In this document: positions 12,500-24,427 of the stretch, one piece after another
How the letters are laid out: every line of letters begins with the position of its first letter
Numbering within the stretch: the stretch's first letter is position 1
Origin: Lama guanicoe
Taxonomy: Eukaryota
Direction of reading: 5' to 3'
Assembly: GCA_013239625.1 (NCBI GenBank)
Contig: MU056000.1
Coordinates: 14,161,787 to 14,225,786 of the forward strand
Length of the DNA stretch: 64,000 nt
Program-made: the position numbers and the translations under genes
Notes under the pieces: model-generated
The model's database searches: none
What the model was told of the DNA's origin: nothing
What the model saw: only the letters and a program-made list of their open reading frames with translations

Positions 12500-13078
12500 C
12501 TCTTTGGTGAATGTTATTTTTATTTTAATTATTATTGCATTAGAAGTCTGATGCCAAAGATGACCAGTAGGTGAAATGGCAAAAACAAACAAACAAACAA
12601 AATATAAAATATCCATGTTGATGTGTGTCTGTAGTAGTTATTTACTTCAGGTCTGCAGAAAGTGATTCTAATAAAGTAGAGGTGTAAACTTTTTTGGGGT
12701 GTGTCTTGAATTTACCTTCACTTAAATAGTTATTTTAACAGAAGAAAGAAAAAAACATCTCCAACTATCATCCGTCTATACATCTCCGAGCGGACACATT
12801 TGCCCTTCCCACCCTTTATAGTATGTGACAGTAAATATATAAAGTATTTGGTAATCAAAATAAAATAAGTGCGGTGTGCGGAGGCCTGGTGCCTTCCTTT
12901 GCTTTCCTTTTGGGGGTAATCACTACAATTTAAAACTGTTTGAATTGTGTGCTATTTTCCTCTTGTCTTCCACACGTGCATGTGGACTTCAGTTTGGTCT
13001 GAGTTCATTCTTGCTGTGGCAAACACGCTTCAGGGCTCCACTAACCAGATTTCCTCCTCTGTTAATGTATCAGTTAAC
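12500..13078 (-). other. Putative terminal exon / 3'UTR of an unidentified - strand gene (phase-2 reading LTDTLTEEEIWLVEP*)
   Basis: On the - strand, catattttgaag|GTTAACTGATACATTAACAGAGGAGGAAATCTGGTTAGTGGAGCCCTGA is followed by repeat-free AU-rich sequence with AATAAA (plus-strand tttatt at 12519-12524). The acceptor is only moderate. Confidence 0.35.
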
Positions 13079-14394
13079 CTTCAAAATATGGATAGTTTAT
13101 TTTCTTCTCAGGAAATAAATCAGTCCCAGTGTTGCTCAATAACTGTGGCCAGAATGGGATGTAATAAGGGGGAAATAGAAAAAGTGCCACTTGCAAATTG
13201 GTGTTATTTACATTTATTGACGAAATATAACATACTATGAAATATATCCTAGTGAACTGGAACACAAATTAGTCAGCAATACCACAATCATTCTTTTAAA
13301 GTGTCTGCACTACCTAAATAAAAGCAAGTCTGCCCAGGGTTAGATTACCCCGGGGTGCACACAAACGCATTTTCCTTAAGGATCCAGCAGCAGTAGCCTG
13401 TGCTCCATTAAACTCTGTATTATACATGGACATTGTGGGGATTTATTCGCTTTTCCTATCTTTAGAATTTGACTCTCACCCTTGCATTCTTGTATGTACA
13501 TTACTTTATAGATTCACAAATGGATATGGTCAGAGATGTTTCTAGGCCATCAATCAATACTCCTTTACTTATATGAATAATTAAAAAACTTTATAAGCGA
13601 GATGAGAAGGAAACTGGGAGACAAAATAAGTATTCTAAGAACGTATCTCACTGCAAAAGTCAAGTAAAATACAAACACGTCTGAAGGCAATACATACTCT
13701 AACCATTTATTCAAAGGGAAGGCCCACTATGTGTACTAGAACTTGGAAGTGGAAAGTGCACAGACTAGAGAGAGATCTTACTCTCTGGGATCTTACAGTC
13801 TGGGTGGTGGGGTGAGGATAGATATCAATTCAATAACCACGTAATCAATTATCATCCTCAAATATTCTAAATGCTAGAAGGAAATGTATAGTGAAACCAC
13901 GTAAAGGAGGATTTACTCTGGCCTGGGGAAGATATCCACCCAGGAGCAGAAGTGACATCTAGACTGAAATGTAAGTATCTACTAAGTAAGCAGAGTGGAG
14001 GCAGGGGAGAGATTCCAGGCAGAGCACAGAGCATCCTCAAATGCCTGCAAGCATTAAGACCCTGAGAGAGGACTACCCGCGGCTGCCTCTTGAGAGAGCA
14101 CGTGGTGGGGGAGGGGTGAGTCAGCTGGGAGTAGAGGCTGGAGACCTAGTGGGTGTCAGCTCCAGGCCACATTTGGGATTCTGATCCCCAAAGAGGGAAA
14201 AGCCATGGAAAGATATTTCAGAGCTGAGTGTCATGATCAGATTCACAGTCTTTTGAAAAACCTCTCTCTTGTAGCAAAGGATAGAGAGGGAGTTACGAGT
14301 TCAGATGAAGCAGGATGGTGGTTTGAATGAGGGGGTCGTTGGTGAAGACAAGAGAGAAGGGGGAAGATTCCAGAGATTACTAGGTGATAATATC

Positions 14395-14682
14395 TGTTAC
14401 AGATTAAATGTTTGCACACTTCCAAAATTCATCTGCTAAAGCCCCAACTCCCCGTTTGGAAGTGGGGCCTTTGGGAGGTAATTAGGTTTAGCTGGGGTCG
14501 TGAGGATGGTGCCCCCTTGAAGAGATCAGCATCCCTGTAAAAGGAAGAGAATGACACCCGTAACTAAATCTGCCGACTCTTCCACTGCGGACTTCCCAGT
14601 CGCCAGGACCGTGAGAAATAAACGTCTGTTGTTTAAAACACCTTGTCCATAGCATTTTGTTACAGGGCTCTGAGCTAAGACA
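14395..14682 (+). mobile_element. MaLR solo LTR (MLT1A-like)
   Basis: TG...CA ends, motifs ggggcctttgggaggtaattagg and gtgagaaataaacgtctgttgtttaa, and an imperfect 5-bp TSD atatc/atagc. Confidence 0.88.
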
Positions 14683-15005
14683 ATAGCGATAGAAGAGGCG
14701 AGCTGAATACAGGAGTAGGGAGTTGACAAGGTTATTTTCAGATACCGTGCTTGAGCGATAGATCCCACAGAGGAAGAAAGCCAAGGAAGAGCTACGTTCA
14801 GGTTGGGGGGCAAGGGGCGGTGGCCACACATCCTGATGGGAGGTACTCGAGCTGTCTCTGAGATTCCAAGTCAGCCAAGCAGCTAGATTTACGGCTCTGG
14901 GAACCAGAGAAGGCGTCAGGGTTAGAGATACTCTTTGGGAGTCATTGATTCTAGATAATTAAAGGCATGTGTGAGTGTATTCAGGAAGAGAGCACCGTGT
15001 AAGAA

Positions 15006-15408
15006 AAAAAAGAGACCAAGGACTGTTTAGCTATTAACGACCTATGATGTATAAAACCTTGGTAAAATCAAAGGCAATTCAAAGGAGAAGCCACAGAGCA
15101 AGGGGCGAGGCAGGAGGTGCATTGTGTCGACTTCACCTGAGGTTTTCTCGAAGGAGGAGACAAAATGCATCAATGTCTAAGCCTCTGAGAGATCAAGGGA
15201 AAAGAAGAGGAAAAAAGAGACCAAGGACTGTTTAGCTATTAACGACCTACGATATAAAACCTTAGCAAAATCAAAGGCAATTCAAAGGAGAAGCCACAGA
15301 GCAAGGGGCGAAGCAGGAGGTGCATTGTGTTGACTTCACCTGAGGTTTTCTTGAAGGAGGAGACAAAATGCATCAATGTCTAAGCCTCTGAGAGATCAAG
15401 GGAGAAGA
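15006..15408. repeat. Tandem duplication of about 205 bp (15006-15210 and 15211-15408)
   Basis: Direct repeat visible in the sequence (aaaaaagagaccaaggactgtttagc...gcctctgagagatcaaggga), with about 7 substitutions and one 2-nt indel. Confidence 0.95.
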
Positions 15409-16020
15409 AAACTGAAGAGCGCACATGGATTTAGTCACCTGGAGGACATGGTCACCCTAAAAGTAATCATTGTAGTGCAGCAACGAGGCCAGATAACAGA
15501 CTGGAGTGGGGAGGGGACAGTGTCCAATTTACAAGAGTATGAGGAAATGATTTCTGGCTGAAACTAATTTAAAGATCATCTTAGAGTTTTTCTATGTCAG
15601 TGTTCCCCTCTATCCCAGAAATATTATTCCACTTACAAGTGAGGGAAGAAGCCTTGCATTATTCTGCTAATAACCAATCAGTGTTATGAATTCATAGGCA
15701 GCAGATATTAGGGAAAGATAACGTGTTCATCGAAGGAGGATGAAAAACCACAGACAGACTTGGAGCTTAGCCTGGGGAATGGGCAGGACCAAGGGCGATG
15801 CAGTGGGTAACAGCGCTCGACGCCACAGTGCACAAGGGGAGGAGGGCAGACGTTTCTGACAGTGAGAAGACACTGAGCATGAGGGTTCCTTAGAAGGAAC
15901 CTGAACCCCGAGCCTGAGGAAGTTAGTGCTCGCCAAAGAATTTTAGACATTTCTTAGAGATAGTGAGGAGCCTCTGAAGCATTTGGTCAGGCAAGTGGCT
16001 GGAAGAATGTGAGTATTTTA

Positions 16021-16320
16021 AAAAAACAAAGCATAAATACAAAACAGATATAGACCCATAGACATAGAATACAAACTTGTGGTTGCCAAGGGGGCGGGGG
16101 GGAGAAGGGACAGACTGGAATTTCAAAATTGTAGAATAGAAAAACAAGATTATGCTGTATAGCACAGGGAAATATACACAAAATGTTATGATAAATCACA
16201 GGGAAAAAAATGTGACAATGAGTATGTATATGTTCATGAATGACTGAAAAATTGTGCTGAACACTGGAATTTGACACAACATTGTAAAATGATTATAAAT
16301 CAATAAAAAATGTTAAAAAA
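16021..16320 (+). mobile_element. Young lineage-specific (camelid-type) L1 3'UTR, subfamily A
   Basis: Near-identical to the 3'UTR of the ORF2-bearing L1 at 50165-50433. Has a G-rich tract and an AATAAA/A-rich end. Confidence 0.92.
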
Positions 16321-16492
16321 AGATTATACTGTATAGCACAGGGAAATATACACAAGATCTTATGGTAGCTCACAGAGAAAATAATGTGACAATGAATATA
16401 TATATGTTCACGTATAACTGAAAAATTGTGCTGTACACCTGAATTTGACACAACATTGTAAAATGATTGTAATCAATAAAAATGTTAAAAAA
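16321..16492 (+). mobile_element. Lineage-specific L1 3' end, subfamily B
   Basis: Same 3'UTR with diagnostic agatcttatggtagctcaca / gtataactg, shared with the copies at 23570, 50808 and 60790. Confidence 0.92.
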
Positions 16493-17028
16493 CTGAAAAT
16501 CAACCTCTTGCCCATCACTATAGGAAGAAAGAAGGAATTGAGAAAAATGACAGAAAAGAGGTATTGATGTTTTAAAAAGCAGAAATTGTGTCTGGAATGT
16601 TTATGCAAGATACTCATATTTTATAGTAGGAGAGAATCGGGCTCCCATTATATTAGTCGCTATTACAAGGATATGTAAAAATATGAATAATTTAAGTGAA
16701 ATGATAATATTAAAGGAAATGTAATGCTTGTCATTCTCCTCTCCTTATGAAATTTCTGATTCTAGGAAGAGAAAAAGTAAAAATGTATCCATTGCAATAA
16801 TTGTTGTTCTTATGTTTTTGAGAAGGAATTAGAGAGAGGGAGGGAGGCAGGGAGGAAGGAAGAGAAAGAAAAAGAGGGAAAGAGATTAAACTTGTAACAG
16901 AAGAGACTTAGAAAGAGATTTTTATTAAAAATGCAGATGAGTTCCCAGGGTTTTGAATGTTCGGTGACCTTGACTTTGCCTGGACTGGTGGTCATTACAC
17001 AAAACAAAACAGACCAACTTTTTCTTAC

Positions 17029-17045
17029 ATGTTGGAAAATTGGCT
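17029..17045 (-). CDS. Candidate 17-nt microexon
   Basis: - strand tttctctaattttag|AGCCAATTTTCCAACAT|gtaaga. Good splice signals but very short. Confidence 0.2.
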
Positions 17046-19739
17046 CTAAAATTAGAGAAATGGTGTCAACAGCAGAGCAAGAAGATTGAGGAAGTTAAGA
17101 ATAGGTGCCTGTAAGATCAGAAAGTAATTCTTCAGAGGTATTTATACATGAATAGATTAGACATGTGGTCCATCCTAAAGAGAAAAGAAAGTGATGCTGA
17201 CCTTAAACAGAGGACACAGCACAGGCCATAAATCTGAAACGCTCCAAAGCATCTGACGTGACCTATTCAGTTTTTCCCATCCTCATACAAGGAAACTTTG
17301 CCATCTTGGTGGCTCCCCCTTACTCCCGAATTAGACTAGAAGTTTGCAAATTTAGAGGATGAGAAGGATGATGAAGGGACAGGAAAAAAACAAAACTACC
17401 TGCATAACTACTGGAAGGAGTAGGGTCAGAAATGACCATTTAATTTCTGGACAATTTAATTCTGGTTGTTCCTGTCAAAATCTAATTCTCAAAATAGTGA
17501 GAACACCTCTATCATATAATAGATTGCTAACTTGTGTCAAAATTTACTCAACTCAGAAATGAGGGAACCAAACAGACAACTAAACTGGTTCAAAACAGAT
17601 GCAAAATAGTATGAAATTATATAGTCAGTGGGGAAGAAAGAAATAATATGATATAATTTTACAGTTTTAGAGTAATATAAAATGTCTGGGCTTAAGTCGT
17701 TTGTATAAAATTATATACTCTGCCCAATTATGTGAAGCCCCTATTTCCCTGTAAAAAAAAAATGTAATTAGCATGACATTATAGGTCAGGTAGTCACATG
17801 TTTGCTCCTTTTCATATTTAGATGTAGCCATCAATCTAAATATGTACACACCACACTAGTAAATCTTTTGGCATTTTTTGTGTGATTGTTGTTGCTAATA
17901 GCAGTACAGAATGTAAATGGCTAGCTGGTTAAGAGAGTGGAGAGTGTCAGAAACAACAAAAGCAGTTGGAATGCTATGCTTAGTTGAGCACACGGAAATA
18001 CTGGATTCTTTAGGGTTCAGGAATCACCACAAGAAATAAAACAAATAGCAAGGCAATATTCTGTAATCACTAGAGTCAACGCCTCTTGAAGGAAACACTC
18101 ACAAAACAAACACAATCATATTTTCCAAAAATGAGTAATATAGTAGTTGAAGATGGTCACTTAATTTTTTCATGGTAGTATTGTTGAAACTAGTCTTTCC
18201 TACTACATTCTTAATTGCTTTTTTTTTCCTATCTGAAAAAGTAATAAAAATCACTTGTATGATCTGTATAAGAAAGTCCCGTAAGGAAAGAGGGTGCTTA
18301 TAGAAGGACAGTAAACATCCTTTTAGAAAACCAGTGGTGCAGGAGAGCTTTGATGTTACTCTAAAACATACTGCTTTCTTTTAAGGAAAAAGTAAAAAGT
18401 GGCATTTTTGCCCAAATCTGCCTTTGAATTCCTAGTCCCTTTAGAGAGTCCTTGATTTATTTTCTTTTGAAAAATACTGTGTCTTCCACTGATCGTTCTC
18501 ATCATTTCTCAATTGTCTCTCTTTTCTATACCTCCATCCCTCTCTCATTAGAATTTTGAATTCTTTCTCCTGCAGAATCTGAGACCCTAAGCTGCTCTGC
18601 TTCTACTTTTCTGCCCAAGATCTTCTTCAGTTGCCCCCTCTTTCCTTTTCAGCAATTAAATTTGACCTTTTCAGAAGCTCAAATCATCCAAGATATTGCC
18701 CTTACTTTGAGCCCTTTTTGTTTCCCAAGCTTTGTCCCTGGAACTCTCAAGCGGTAAACACTGCAGTCTTCTTTAGAAAATGACACCATTTGTCAGAATT
18801 GGAGTTGGAAGCTTTAATCTTTCTTAGTGATGGGTCATTTCCTAGGAGAACTGGCAAAGAGAATGCTTCACAGGTCTGATCGTGGTTGTCAATGGCAAAG
18901 TGAGATTCGAGGTGGCTGGGTGAGGGTCTCAGCCTCTCACCTCAGGCAGAGGCTGGCTAATTTGTGCCAAGGACAAAAGGGGGATCAAGGCTGATCTGTG
19001 TGAAACTTTAATTTGAAAAAGATTGACCATGAGTTCTCAGATTATTTTCCAAATTCCTATAGTCAAAGAATTTACAAATCATTGAGTACCAGTGATGGAA
19101 ACAACCTTAGAAACACAGTACAAACTCTTTTTCAAACAATTTATCCTCCATGTTACATCCCTAAACTGGCACTTAATATTTGATAGGCCCACTTCAAATT
19201 TTCATTATTTACCCATGCAGCCTCGGCCATTTCCATCGGACTGCACTTTTAGGTATCCTAGGTCTGCCTTCCATAACATCCACCCTTTCAGAGACAATAT
19301 TACTTCCCCCCAAGAAAAAAATTCAAATGATACCATTTCAACTGTTTTAACACCGTTAACATTTCATCCATATGTATACACGTATCTATCCATATGTTTA
19401 TATATATGTATGTATATATATTTTTTTCTTTTAATTTTTTATGACTGTTTTTTTCTCATTGGCACTATTTTTAATCAAAGCAGATTTTGTTGGATTGCTT
19501 GGTCCAAAGCCTGGATGGTAGTTAGGGCTCAGTAAACACCTATTCTCTATTTCATCTACTAACAGAATTTTTGGTTTTGACTTGCATTAAGCTTACAAGT
19601 AATAAAATGGCTTGATTTTACTCTATAAATTACTCTTTCCCTCATGTTAAACCCCTGAATGACTTAAGGATGTGGCTGTGTTAAATCCTTCAAGTTTCTC
19701 AGGCCAACTTATTGAAGGGAGTGTGCCTTAACTAATCTC

Positions 19740-20420
19740 TCTCTCCACTACCCAGTAGCTTTCTAATTTCCCTGCTTCCACTGTCTCCGGTTCTAACTCA
19801 TCTTGGCATGGCAGCTACAGGGATCCCTTTAAAGCAGCCCAGATCACTCTTTAGCTGAAAACCATCAGAAGCCAAAAGTCCTCCATGGTGGCCCACAGGC
19901 CACTACAGGATCTGAGCTCCAGAGTCTTCTCTGACCTCCCGTCTTGCTACAATACCTGCCATACACTTCATCCCCCCCACGCACGCCTCCTTGCACGTCC
20001 AGGGGCTCACCAGATCTATGTCCCTTCCCTTAAGTCCTACTCTAGCTATTTCTCTGTTGGGAAACTTTTCTTTCAAAGATCCACATGGATTAGTTCTTCC
20101 TCCTGTCCAACTTCTTGCTCAGTCGCTATCTTCTCAGTGAGATACCCCTCCACTCTGGTATTTAATTCCGCAGCCGGCAGCTCCATAGTTGCCCTTGGAC
20201 CAATCTTCATCTCCCTTACTCTTCTCTACATTTCCCCTATGCGCTATCTATCACTTCCAAGATAGTGCATGGTATGCTTATTGTTCATTTTCTGTGTCTC
20301 CCATGTAGAAGAGAAGATCCATAGTTCACAAAAGCAGAGACAGCTGTTCCTATATGCCACCAATGGAGTCCAAGTCCCTGAAATAGTCTCTGAAGCTCTG
20401 TAGACACACGGTAGTCGTTG
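19740..20420 (+). mobile_element. LINE-2 3' region (L2a-like)
   Basis: aaagtcctccatggtggcccacaggccactacaggatctg, ttctcagtgagatacccctcc and ttattgttcattttctgtgtctcccatgtagaa. Confidence 0.75.
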
Positions 20421-20454
20421 TTGTTGTTTTTAATCCAGATTCATTTATTCTTAC

Positions 20455-20493
20455 CTAGTTTTACTTTTGTTAAGTTCTTCCAATCATTCAAGT
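20455..20493 (-). CDS. Candidate 39-nt exon (phase 1->1, DLNDWKNLTKVKL)
   Basis: - strand tgcccttcatag|...CTAG|gtaaga, with only one frame open. Confidence 0.3.
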
Positions 20494-20950
20494 CTATGAA
20501 GGGCACTTGATTTTTTTATCTTGTCATTCAATATATAAGATAAACCTAGCAACACTATTTAACTTGGATATCTTATATACACGGTTTCAACAGAACTTGC
20601 TCTTAAGAATTCTGTTTCTCACAGCCAAGGCCAAGTACAGAGGCTGTGCACCATGCACCTGTTAATCAAGTTGACATTGTTCCTATAAGCAATCTTTTAT
20701 GGATATTTCATTAAAATAGCATATTTAATGATCAGTGCAATTGCAATCCACATTTCTTTAAAATATCCCCAAATTATTTTGAGAAACTATCAGCTGCATG
20801 ACTGAACCCAACATATATTATGTCTGCACTTTAACTTCATTTTACCAGGCCCGTGATTACATTTCTTTTTCAGTTTGATACAACTGATTCATGGTGACAT
20901 TTAAAAATCATCATTGCATTTTTTTTAAGTTCACAAATGCACTGAGGATT

Positions 20951-20988
20951 AAAAAACAAACAAACAAAAAACAAAACAAAACAAAAAA
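20951..20988 (+). repeat. (AAAC/CAAAA)n microsatellite
   Basis: aaaaaacaaacaaacaaaaaacaaaacaaaacaaaaaa. Confidence 0.9.
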
Positions 20989-23299
20989 CCTTTGATATAC
21001 AGTGACTGGAATCCACTTCTCTATGCTTTAAAAAACAGGCAATCTTGTGTTAAATTCTGGGCTTTTTTTCCTTCTCATTTTTTTTAATTTCTTTTTTCTT
21101 GCAGTGAGTATTTAAAAATCATATACACATTTTTTTTTAGAATTATAATCCTGAAGTTTTAAACTACGGTAAGCAACTGGAGGACCCAGCTTCCTAACTG
21201 TGAGCTAGTCTAGAAGAATAGAAAAGACTAGATTAAGATTGAAAAAGCTTAGTTTCGCATTTTTGTGTCACCACTTAATGGCCCTGAGACTTGGAAAATG
21301 TCTTGAGGTACAACTTCTTTCATAAAAAGGCAGCAAGTGATATTCACTCAGTTTATCTCTCATGAGTCAACAAAAGCTAATGGATACAGATGCACATCCG
21401 CACAAACCATATTAAGGCAAGAATTTAGTATTATAAGTTCTTGGAAGGAAGGGCCCTACATTATTTATTGTCACATTTCCTATTTATCTGAAAGAGTATA
21501 AAGGTTGATAATCTAAAAATATGTGCTGAACTATAATGCATTACATTCTGTGATCAAAATTCCATTTTTATTATTTAGCTCTTTGATGCAACTCAACAAA
21601 TTTGGGTGAAGCCTCTATGAAGGTCGAGTACTAATAGATATTCATCCTTGAGTAGTTGAAAGAGAAGTAAAATGTGAAAGAAAGAGACTAGTGAGAGCTT
21701 CCTTCAGAAGCTTGGAATTGTACAGGGAAGTGAGCAGTATCATAGTTCTCTACGATGTGCACCTTCATGTTCTCGTATCATCTTTGAGATAAGGAGAATT
21801 GTGTGTAGTGATGAAAACTTATATGTCCAAAAGTGTAAAGATATTCTGTCAAAGTATGTTGGTATCAGTTTGACTCTGATTTTAAATGGGATGACTTCAG
21901 AAAGTAAATAACTTCCAATATGACAACAATTTGATAGTTGATAGACTCCAAGATAAAGTGAATCCACATTTACCCTTAAAGAATGAGTAAGTATTTTCTG
22001 GTTATATATTATTGCACTCTATCATCTCAGTTAATTATTTATTGCCTACATACGAGATAAGGCTTTAAAACCCTGTTATCTTACATAAAACCTTGGGATG
22101 AATTCAGGGAACATACGATATGCCACAATAATTTCTCTGTAAGTTAATCAACATAATCTATCATGACATGTGCTTAAGTCTTACCCTAATATACCAAGAC
22201 TTATGGAAAGCACATTTGTTCAGTAGTACATTAATAGCTAGCTGCACTGTGTCCTCTAACAAAAATCAGCTAAAATAATATAGATAACAAACAAATTTTA
22301 TGATTAGTAAATGAGGTCAGAAGTTTTCATATTTTTATAACTACTTTATCAAAATCAGGGCATCCCTTGAAAAACTTTAAAAATATCTCAAAAGCATTAT
22401 TTAAAGTTAAAATTAAGTTTATGTCTGTGGTGGTAGACAAGTTATCCTATTTAAATTTTTGTAGATGTTAAATGGTTTGATGGAAGGCAAGACACTCATG
22501 TCTACTTTAAATACATGATTGAAGTTCTGATGGGCAAAAAAAATGGTGGTCTGAATATAAAAATAAGAGATCATTACAATGTATTAACTTATAACCAGTT
22601 TTCTGTGTTATGTTTTCCAACACACAAATGGAAACAAATAAACAAAAAAGTGAAAGAAGAAAAAGGCTTATTAAAGACCAATCATATTAAAGTACCTCTA
22701 GGTTAATTATCTTCCTTTTTCCATTACATTCAGTGAACAGTCATTACAATATTATAGGGAATAAGAGGCCTAAGAAATGGCAAATTCTGCATTAGTAGAT
22801 CACTTTATGGTTCTAGTTTATCTCTCAAAGCTCATTTTAAAGTAGCTGCAGACACAACATCAGAAAATATTTTCTATACTATATTTGCAGTACCATACCA
22901 AAACTCTCTGGTTAGTATCTTGCTATTTTTTAAATTTTAAAGTTATAATTCAAAATATCATACAAAAAATCCTATTTCACCTTTGATACACATTAGATAA
23001 TTTATATTATCAAGAAATTACAAGCAAATTAATCATTTAATTTAAGTCATTTTGAATAAGCAGTAATAGAAAGAGATGACAATTCTTTGAGTACCATGTA
23101 GTAAACAAGTGCGGGTTACAGATGGATATTAAGAGGCACCAGTTTTGATACCAGCTGTACAGTTAATATCACTGCTGTCACTACCATTGACTCCTCTAAA
23201 ATCACCATTTGTCCAGAGAAGATTCACAAAAGTTAATCTTTATAAAATAATACATATCAGACAAGATATATAACTATACTTTCTCATCTTTGAAATTAA

Positions 23300-24110
23300 G
23301 GGGCAGAGAACAAAGCAAACATATACATACACAACCATAGGGGGATTTCGTGCAAGACAAAAATATCATTTCAAAGCAAAGGGGAAAATATAAATCATTT
23401 CAAAATGGTGTTGTGACAACTGGTTAGTCATGGAAAAATAAGGTTACTACCTCAAAAATGATACAAAAATAAATTCTGGAGAGACTGGAAATTTAGACAT
23501 ACATAAAAGATATGCTTGAAAAACCAACAGGAGAAACTTTGGTGGCTTGAAGTAAAAAATAACATACTAACTCACAGAGAAAAAAATGTGACAATGAATA
23601 TATATATATATGTTCATGTATAACTGAAAAATTGTGCTCTACATTGGAATTTGACACAACATTGTAAAATGATTATAAATCAATAAAAAATGTTAAAAAA
23701 TTAAAAAAACAATAATTTTAAATGGGAAAACACAAATGAAAATATGGATAAATCCAAGTATATAGAAAATAAATATGTATAAAAAGCAACAATAACAAAA
23801 TAAAGTCAAAGTAAAAACATAAACTAGAGAAATATCTGCAGTTCATCCCACGGACAAATTGCTAACTATCTTAAAACATAAAATTCCTTTAAAAAAAAAC
23901 AGGAAAAATTCAAAACTCGATATAAAATTGTGCAAAGAATATAAAGATTTCACCACAAAAGAAATGTAAAATCTTATGAAGAGATGTGGAGCCTCAGGCA
24001 TTATTAGAAAAATTCAAAATTAAAACCATGGCAGACATTTCACTTATTAAATTGGCAAAGATAATTTTTAAAAACTACGTTGGTAGTAAACCGTGAAGAG
24101 AAAAATTCTC
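23300..24110 (+). mobile_element. Decayed old L1 ORF2 3' fragment (L1ME-like)
   Basis: aaatggtgttgtgacaactggttagtcatggaaaaa, tacaaaaataaattc and gaagagatgtggagcctc. Confidence 0.6.
23570..23710 (+). mobile_element. Short lineage-specific L1 3' end (subfamily B) inserted in old L1
   Basis: ctcacagagaaaaaaatgtgacaatgaa...caataaaaaatgttaaaaaa, homologous to 16321-16492. Confidence 0.9.
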
Positions 24111-24131
24111 ATATAAAAATTCCTCAGTTTT

Positions 24132-24290
24132 GGAGGTAGGGTAAAACTCAGTGGTAGAGCACATGCTTAGCATGTGCAAGGTCCCAGGTTCAACCCCGAC
24201 TACCTCCATTAAAACTAACTAACTTAATTAACTAACTAAACTAATTACACCTCCTCTCCCCCCAAAAAAGGTCTTAAAAATTAAAATTTT
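24132..24290 (+). mobile_element. tRNA-derived SINE, Vic-1-like (camelid)
   Basis: A box ctcagtggtagagc, B box ggttcaacccc, tail tacctccattaaaa...ctaattacacctcc. The 17-bp TSD aaaaa(t/a)tcctcagtttt lies at 24115-24131 and 24291-24307. Confidence 0.9.
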
Positions 24291-24319
24291 AAAAAATCCT
24301 CAGTTTTAACTTTTAATAC

Positions 24320-24427
24320 AATACATAGCAACAGAGTAAGTCCATACAAAGAAAGGCTCTTCAGAGACTTCAACAATTTTTAGAAATATAAAAAGGTCCT
24401 GAAACCCAAACATTTAAAAACCACTGG
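24320..24427 (+). mobile_element. hAT-Charlie DNA transposon terminal fragment
   Basis: caacaatttttagaaatataaaaaggtcctgaaacccaaacatttaaaaaccactg resembles a Charlie-family end. Confidence 0.5.

Larger units (their letters stand above)
13700..15560 (-). mobile_element. LINE-2 (antisense), interrupted by MLT1A and internally duplicated
   Basis: Antisense L2 motifs catttattcaa...cactatgtg, gatcttacagtctgg, attccaggcagag, gagtgtcatgatcagatt and ttagagatactctttgggagtcat. Confidence 0.75.

Noticed and set aside
15987..16277. Similar - strand ORFs at 15987, 50161 and 60743 suggesting a gene family
   Set aside because: Antisense translations of L1 3'UTR copies.
19092..20265. 147-aa and 126-aa + strand ORFs
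   Set aside because: The first runs through TA-rich low complexity and the second lies in an L2 fossil.
24132..24205. tRNA gene
   Set aside because: Degenerate stems, SINE tail and TSD show that it is a tRNA-derived SINE.
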